Shown here in pieces: positions 63,545 through 64,000 of a stretch of 64,000 nt of DNA. The position numbers and the translations under genes are program-made. The notes below the pieces were generated by a model that worked only from the letters and a program-made list of their open reading frames with translations, had not been told where the DNA came from and made no database searches. Within the stretch, counting starts at the first letter, position 1. Each line of letters starts with the position of its first letter. This DNA is from Isurus oxyrinchus (lineage: Eukaryota). Location of the stretch: positions 9,858,001 to 9,922,000 of the forward strand of contig JANJGN010000004.1 of assembly GCA_026770705.1 (NCBI GenBank), given 5' to 3'.

Positions 63545-64000
63545 TACGTAGTATTTCTTAGCTATTTTTACCCTACCGCTACATCTTGATGCTTCCCCAA
63601 CATCCCCAGCAGAGTTGGAGACAGCCTGCTGACTGCTATTCCATGTTGTCTGTGATGATCTTGGCGGGTGTCCTCTGGAGGGTCGAGGCCTGCAGGGCCC
63701 CAGCCTGCTTTGCTTCTCTTGCTGTGGGGCAGGTGCTCCCTCTTTGGCCTGTGGAGCTGCAGATCATAGGGTCACAGGCAGAGGGGATTGGGATTGGCTG
63801 GACACTCATGGAATCACCTGAGTGGATGGTCCCAGGGTGTCAGTTGATGGTGCACCTCCCTGTTGGTGCCCGAGGGCCTCTGCCTGACTCCTTGGGAACC
63901 TGGTGTGAGGTCGAGGTGCCCCATCCCTATCCCCCTCTCAGCGAATCACTCACGGATCCCACCTATGCCTATAGTGATGGAGCGCAGGTCTGAGTGCAAA
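63545..64000 (-). pseudogene. 3' end of another Harbinger Myb/SANT-like gene (runs off the window)
   Basis: Minus-strand SSQQAVSNSAGDVGEASRCSGR is homologous to 39715-39800 and 8900-9020. Confidence 0.65.

Overview
Eukaryotic (vertebrate) genomic DNA, most likely a cartilaginous fish. This is inferred from the repeat landscape: CR1, L2 and RTE LINEs, a Deu-type SINE, Penelope-like elements, PIF/Harbinger transposons, CpG depletion and no Alu/L1. The window is repeat-dense intergenic or intronic sequence with no confidently identifiable intact host gene. Main contents: (1) many decayed CR1-clade LINEs of two families; (2) at least five decayed Harbinger transposons, one full length with TIRs, TSD, transposase and a convergent spliced Myb/SANT-like gene, plus many GC-rich non-autonomous derivatives; (3) a decayed Gypsy (Mag-like) LTR retrotransposon with both LTRs, PBS, PPT and TSD; (4) two probable solo LTRs; (5) Penelope-like termini with minimal hammerhead ribozyme cores; (6) an intronless RPL37 retrocopy; (7) a 36-37 bp minisatellite. 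The most unusual observation is a LINE derivative (56405-58167) whose 5' end is a tRNA-derived Pol III promoter running directly into the ORF2 endonuclease with no ORF1. It shares both its head and its tail with a short SINE elsewhere in the window. All calls are by eye, and repeat boundaries are approximate unless terminal motifs are quoted.
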